DNA from: an uncultured Aminicenantes bacterium | Lineage (GTDB): Bacteria; Acidobacteriota; Aminicenantia; UBA2199 | Assembly: GCA_965195285.1 (NCBI GenBank) | Contig: CBDAFS010000062.1 | Span: 32,001 to 96,000 of the forward strand | DNA: 64,000 nt | Reading direction: 5' to 3' | Part shown: piece after piece, positions 58,974 through 64,000 of the stretch | How positions within the stretch are numbered: position 1 is the stretch's first letter | Layout: each line of letters starts with the position of its first letter | Program-made: the position numbers and the translations under genes | Notes under the pieces: generated by a model | Database searches by the model: none | Told to the model about the DNA's origin: nothing | The model's input: the letters and a program-made list of their open reading frames with translations, nothing else

Positions 58974-60376
58974 GTTTTTTTCTCTCCTGCCGGTTTCCCG
59001 GTTGATTCCAGCCATTTACCAAACTGATGGGCCAGTTCGGTCAAATCACCTGCTGACAGAAAGGCTATCGCATCACCCTTTTTGAACTCTTTCTTCAGGT
59101 AGGCACTGATCTCATCGAAACTTTCAAGATACAGGACATTCCCGGAGCCACTCTCCCGTATTTTTTCCACCAGCAACTGGCTGTTCACATTCTTTATCTT
59201 CTTTTGCCCGGCCGCATACAACTTCGTGATGATCAGTTGATCAGCCCCTGAAAAAGCACCTGAAAATTTATCTGCCAGTAACTTTAACCGGGTAAAACGG
59301 TGGGGTTGAAATACCACGATCAAGCGTTTAAAACCTCCGGTTTTCAAGGTTTCGATGGTGGCGGTTATCTCGGTGGGATGATGGGCATAGTCATCTACAA
59401 CCAGGTTGGTTTGATTAAAAAACAGAACCTGGAAACGCCTTTCCGGCAGAAAAAACCGCTTTAATCCTTCCTTAATGATGGGTACGCCCAATCCGATTTC
59501 ATAGGCTGCGGTAATGGCTGCCAGAGAATTCATTACATTATGAAAGCCACCGACATTCAGAATCACCTGTCCATGCTGACGGCCACCCAGAATCAAATCA
59601 TAACTGGCCTGGAACAGAGAAAGACGCACCCTGTCGGCCTTGGCAAAGGGTTTTCCCTCAGTACCATAGGTAATGACCCGCTTATTCAGAGAGGGAATAA
59701 TTGTCCGGGAATTTTCGCAATTGCTATTGACAATAACCGAACCGTAGAATGGCACTTTATTACAGAACTCTATAAAAGCATTTTTGAGATTATCCATGGT
59801 TTTATAATAGTCAATATGATCATCTTCTATGTTGGTAATAACGGCGATGGTGGGAAACAATTTTAAAAAGCTTCCATCCGACTCGTCCGCTTCGGCAATG
59901 AGATAGGTCGATCTCCCCAGCTTGGCCCCGCTCTCTTCTATCTTCAACTTACCACCCACCACAAAAGTGGGATCTTTGTCAGCCGTACTGAGTATCGTAG
60001 AAATCATAGAAGTGGCGGTGGTCTTCCCATGGGTTCCGGCAATGGCAATGGAAAATTTCATTCGCATTAGTTCAGACAGCATCTCAGCTCTGGATATCAC
60101 CGGAATTTTTCTCTCCAGTGCAACCTGAACCTCAATATTGTTCCGGGTGATGGCACTGGAATAAACCAGGGTTTCGACATCTTTCACCTGATCCCGGCTA
60201 TGTCCCAGATAGATAGTCACCCCCAGGTTTCTCAACCGGTTTACACTGTAGTTCTCAGCCACATCTGAGCCGCTGATTTCGAATCCCATATTGTGTAACA
60301 CCTCGGCAATACCGGACATTCCCGATCCGCCGATACCGACAAAATGAATTTTCTTTATTCGGCTGTGTTCAATCAT
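58970..60376 (-). CDS. murC: UDP-N-acetylmuramate--L-alanine ligase
   Basis: HFVGIGGSGMSG, AGTHGKTT, EADESD, DDYAHHP, FQPHRFTR. Confidence 0.98.
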   Translation of the reverse strand: MIEHSRIKKIHFVGIGGSGMSGIAEVLHNMGFEISGSDVAENYSVNRLRNLGVTIYLGHSRDQVKDVETLVYSSAITRNNIEVQVALERKIPVISRAEMLSELMRMKFSIAIAGTHGKTTATSMISTILSTADKDPTFVVGGKLKIEESGAKLGRSTYLIAEADESDGSFLKLFPTIAVITNIEDDHIDYYKTMDNLKNAFIEFCNKVPFYGSVIVNSNCENSRTIIPSLNKRVITYGTEGKPFAKADRVRLSLFQASYDLILGGRQHGQVILNVGGFHNVMNSLAAITAAYEIGLGVPIIKEGLKRFFLPERRFQVLFFNQTNLVVDDYAHHPTEITATIETLKTGGFKRLIVVFQPHRFTRLKLLADKFSGAFSGADQLIITKLYAAGQKKIKNVNSQLLVEKIRESGSGNVLYLESFDEISAYLKKEFKKGDAIAFLSAGDLTELAHQFGKWLESTGKPAGEKKT

Positions 60377-61475
60377 TTAGAAACACCATTTTTCTGTGTT
60401 TTGAAATATTGATAATGATTCCGGCTATAATCAGGGAAGCCATTAAGGAACTCCCTCCGATAGAAACAAAGGGAAGGGGAATTCCTTTGTTCGGTAAAAT
60501 CCCCAGGGTTACGGAAATATTCAGCAACGCCTGGGAAATGATTAAAAATGTCAATCCGATTCCAAGCAGATAGGTCTGCAGATTTCCCGATTGTTTGGCA
60601 ATCAGCAAACCCCGGATCAGAAATACAAAAAACAGACCCAATATCAGCAGTGCCCCGATCAATCCGACCTCTTCCCCGATGATTGAATAGATAAAATCCG
60701 TATAAGCATAGGGCAAAAAGTACAATTTCTGGGTGGATTTGCCCAGGCCCTGACCGAAAATCCCTCCGGATCCCAGGGCATATATCGACTGCATGGTCTG
60801 AAAATTATAAGTTGAGGCATATTCCTGGGGATTCAGATAGGCCTTGATCCGGTTCATCCTTTCGGGACTGAGTTTCAAGGAAATGAATGTCAGTACCGAA
60901 ATCAAAATGAAGGCAACGAAAAAGTACCGGAACTTTAAACCAGCCACAAATAACAAAATCATGGTCACCAGCAATATCAAAAAGAAATTTCCATAATCGG
61001 GCTCCTTGAATATCAGGAGCTCGATAATAAAGATGGGGATTAATAAAACAATCAGTTTTTTCAGATTATTCACATCATATTTTTTCTTACCGAATAAATA
61101 GGACAGGTATAGTATGGCTGAAATCTTGGCAAACTCTGAAGGCTGAATGGAAAACCCGGCAAAACGTATCCACCGATAGGTATTATTGATTTTTCCCGAG
61201 AAAAAAACCATAAAAAGAGCCATGATGGAAACCACCAGAATCAGGAAAATAAATTTCTGGTTGAGGTATATTGGGGTTTTCAAGAGAGAAATTAAACTGA
61301 AAATCACCAGTCCAACCGCAATCCAGAGAACCTGTTTTTTAAAGAAATAAAAACTGTCCGCATACTTTTCCTTGGCCAAAATCATGGTGGAGTTGTAAAT
61401 CATGATCAGACCGAATAGTATCAAAAAAACCACGGTCATAATGAGCAGTTTGTCCACGCCTACGTTTTTAACCAT
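60369..61475 (-). CDS. ftsW: Peptidoglycan polymerase FtsW
   Basis: RWI...IQPSEFAK, EPDYG, LPYAYTDFI, PNKGIPLPFVS. Confidence 0.95.
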   Translation of the reverse strand: MVKNVGVDKLLIMTVVFLILFGLIMIYNSTMILAKEKYADSFYFFKKQVLWIAVGLVIFSLISLLKTPIYLNQKFIFLILVVSIMALFMVFFSGKINNTYRWIRFAGFSIQPSEFAKISAILYLSYLFGKKKYDVNNLKKLIVLLIPIFIIELLIFKEPDYGNFFLILLVTMILLFVAGLKFRYFFVAFILISVLTFISLKLSPERMNRIKAYLNPQEYASTYNFQTMQSIYALGSGGIFGQGLGKSTQKLYFLPYAYTDFIYSIIGEEVGLIGALLILGLFFVFLIRGLLIAKQSGNLQTYLLGIGLTFLIISQALLNISVTLGILPNKGIPLPFVSIGGSSLMASLIIAGIIINISKHRKMVFLND

Positions 61476-62871
61476 TTTCCACTTCTCGCTTTAAAGTCAG
61501 GAATTCCTTTTTAAAACATTCGCCCCGATGTTCAAAATTATCGAACATATCAAAACTGGCACATCCCGGAGCTAACAAAACCGTTCCGCCATGTTGCTTC
61601 AACGTATTGAATCCCTCTCTTACCGCTTCTCGTAAATCTCTGACCATATGCATTTTGGCCTTGACCGAGGCCAACTCGGAATAAATCCGGCTGGCTGCGC
61701 TTCCGACCAGCAATACCCGGGTGGTTCTCTGTTTGATGGGTGCTTCCAGGATCTGAAAATCACCCCCCTTGTCCTTGCCTCCCAGAATCAATACCACACC
61801 GGAATTAAAACTGGTCATGACTTTCAATGTCGCATCCACATTGGTTGCTTTTGAATCATTGATAAATTCCACCCGGCCGATTTTACCCAAGACTTCGGTC
61901 CGGTGAGGCAAACCCTTGAAACTCTGCATACCGGTCTCGATTTTTTCAGCGGACAAACCCAGTAACCGGCAAACAATAACCGATGAAAGTACGTTCTCCA
62001 GGTTATGAATCCCCGGTAACGGGTTGTTATCCAGAGAAATTTTTTGCGGTTTCGGGCGTAGGCTATCAATGACCTGATTATTTTCAATAAAATAACCTTT
62101 CTCCAGCTTTTGGGTAATGGAAAAACCGATCAGCTGAGCCCGGGAATCAATATGTTCCCGCAACCAGCTGTCATCATCGTTATATATTAAAAAATCATCC
62201 CGATTTTGATTCTGACCGATTTTTATTTTGGTAGACAGATAGGCGGCCATATCGGAATATCGATCCAGATGATCCGGAGTCACATTCAGCAAAACACCTA
62301 TATCGGGCCGGAAATGAACAATCTCTTCCAATTGAAAACTGGACACTTCCAGGATCACTGTGCTTTCCGGATTCAACCCCATGACTTCAGCAATCAGGGG
62401 ATTCCCGATGTTACCCGCCAGTACTGCCGGTAAACCACCGGAACTCAGGATATGGTGAATCAGACTGACCGTGGTGGATTTGCCATTGGTTCCGGTCACC
62501 GCGATAATTTTTGAGGGAATAAAATAAGAGGCAAATTCAATTTCGGAAATAATTTTCTGCCCGGATTTTCGAAACGCTTCAAACCTTGAATTCCGGCCGT
62601 CAACTCCCGGACTGATCACCATCAAATCCATCTCCTGCAGTCTGGTAAAGCTTTTCTCTCCCTCAAGAAACTCAACACCGTTCTGTTGGAAAGATTGTTT
62701 TTCTTTTTCATCCCGGATAACATCATCATTAAAAAGAAAAAGCTGCCGGCCAATATTTTTTGCCATCAAAAAATTCAGGAGAGCTTTTCCGGTTTTACCG
62801 AATCCAATCACAGCGATATTCCGGACATTACCGAGCAATTTCTGACCGGAAACCGAAACAAACTCATTCAT
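61468..62871 (-). CDS. murD: UDP-N-acetylmuramoyl-L-alanine--D-glutamate ligase
   Basis: SPG, TGTNGKST, EVSSFQL, PDHLDRY, NDSKATN, APGCASFD. Confidence 0.98.
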   Translation of the reverse strand: MNEFVSVSGQKLLGNVRNIAVIGFGKTGKALLNFLMAKNIGRQLFLFNDDVIRDEKEKQSFQQNGVEFLEGEKSFTRLQEMDLMVISPGVDGRNSRFEAFRKSGQKIISEIEFASYFIPSKIIAVTGTNGKSTTVSLIHHILSSGGLPAVLAGNIGNPLIAEVMGLNPESTVILEVSSFQLEEIVHFRPDIGVLLNVTPDHLDRYSDMAAYLSTKIKIGQNQNRDDFLIYNDDDSWLREHIDSRAQLIGFSITQKLEKGYFIENNQVIDSLRPKPQKISLDNNPLPGIHNLENVLSSVIVCRLLGLSAEKIETGMQSFKGLPHRTEVLGKIGRVEFINDSKATNVDATLKVMTSFNSGVVLILGGKDKGGDFQILEAPIKQRTTRVLLVGSAASRIYSELASVKAKMHMVRDLREAVREGFNTLKQHGGTVLLAPGCASFDMFDNFEHRGECFKKEFLTLKREVENG

Positions 62872-64000
62872 GGTGAAACTCCCGTATTGCTTTTTCCAAC
62901 CTGATATCCCGGGACGCCTTCAGCAGAATGATACTGTGGGGATTTGCAATTTTTTTCAGATACGCTCCGGCTTCTTCAGAGACCTCACACTGTTTTATGT
63001 GGTTCGGATTAAAGCCGGCCTTTTCAGCACCTTCGGCAATTTTTCTTGATCGCTTACCAACCACCACCAGGTGATCAAAATTAAGGGTGGCAAAAAACTG
63101 TCCGGCCTGGAAATGATACAGAGCTTCATCCTCACCGAGTTCCAGCATATCTCCGACCACTGCGATTTTATTTTCATTGAATTCTTCATCAATCCATTTC
63201 AGGGTTTTTTTCAGGGCTTCGGGATTGGAATTATAGGTTTCATCAACGATAGTCAAATCCTTATACTGACGTATCTCACCCCTCCCGGGCAGGGGTTTGA
63301 TATTCTTCAGGGCAGACTGGATGTCTTCGTTCTTAAGCCCGATGCTCTGGGACACAATGATGGAGGCAAACAAATTTTCGAGATGGGTCTTGTTGATAAT
63401 ATGGGTAACAAATTCGGTTTCAATACCGTAGAAGTCAATAATGATACGGGAACCGTTCTTTATCCGATCTATTCTTTTCAACACAATTTGATTGAACTCG
63501 GCACGGTGACCGAAATATATTTTCCTGCCGGGCTTGGTGCTGACCTGTTTGAGAATGGCTTCGGAATCACCGGTGATAAAGGCTGTGGAATCCGAAGATA
63601 GATAATTCAGAATCTCCGATTTTCCCCTGGCCACATTATCCAGGTTTTTCAAGAACTCCATATGGACCGGATAAACATTCAAAATAATGGCCAGATCGGG
63701 TTTCAAAATCTCGGCCAGACAATCGATCTCTCCGATACCCGGATAACTCATGGCCAGCTCAAAGACAGCGACCTGTTCATTACCCTGCATGGCCAGTAGT
63801 GAAAACGGCATCCCGATCCAGTTATTCCAGTTTTCAATGGAACGAAAAGCGGAATATCTGCTGGAAAGTATCTGATAAAGAAATTCCTTGGTGGTGGTTT
63901 TACCGGCGCTGCCGGTAACACCGATATATTTAATCGAATTGTATTTTTTCCGTACATAACTCCCCAGTTTATGGGCTGCCTTCAGGGGATCATCCACCCG
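62864..64000 (-). CDS. murF: UDP-N-acetylmuramoyl-tripeptide--D-Ala-D-Ala ligase, 5'-truncated by window edge
   Basis: GVTGSAGKTTTKE, DETYNSNP, GDMLELG, LLKASR. Confidence 0.96.
   Translation of the reverse strand, partial: RVDDPLKAAHKLGSYVRKKYNSIKYIGVTGSAGKTTTKEFLYQILSSRYSAFRSIENWNNWIGMPFSLLAMQGNEQVAVFELAMSYPGIGEIDCLAEILKPDLAIILNVYPVHMEFLKNLDNVARGKSEILNYLSSDSTAFITGDSEAILKQVSTKPGRKIYFGHRAEFNQIVLKRIDRIKNGSRIIIDFYGIETEFVTHIINKTHLENLFASIIVSQSIGLKNEDIQSALKNIKPLPGRGEIRQYKDLTIVDETYNSNPEALKKTLKWIDEEFNENKIAVVGDMLELGEDEALYHFQAGQFFATLNFDHLVVVGKRSRKIAEGAEKAGFNPNHIKQCEVSEEAGAYLKKIANPHSIILLKASRDIRLEKAIREFHHE

Noticed and set aside
63-63957. Many antisense and alternate-frame ORFs of 60-210 aa in the ORF track
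   Set aside because: They lie within well-supported genes and look like shadow ORFs without motifs.

Overview
Bacterial chromosomal window of moderate GC content. Most of it is housekeeping: gcvPB-glyQ-glyS-radA, HU, serS coupled to a type IV pilus/T2SS-like assembly cluster, nfeD-SPFH-SPOR, trpS, batBCDE-folP-mfd, manC-alr, secreted peptidases, amrB, and a dcw cluster (murF-murD-ftsW-murC-ftsQ-ftsA-ftsZ-hutI) with no mraY, murG, murB or ddl. An AT-rich accessory island at about 43.56-51.20 kb holds hipBA, a truncated RAYT/HUH transposase, a small lipoprotein, a 22-repeat WD40 protein and a decayed IS110. Its modules are separated by co-oriented copies of a ~23-bp TCA-N-CAAGCACCGTCCCC-like motif. 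The IS110 keeps a bridge-RNA-like region whose apparent guides spell GGGG-TC-AGATCT, matching related ...TGACCCC motifs in the island. Other notable signals: an unannotated three-way-junction RNA with a perfect Shine-Dalgarno sequence in its loop (54286-54423), at least six apparently leaderless genes, a stand-alone four-ACT protein, and a hydrolase gene split at a homopolymer run. No tRNA, rRNA or CRISPR array was seen. All calls come from motif recognition by eye; no database search was run.
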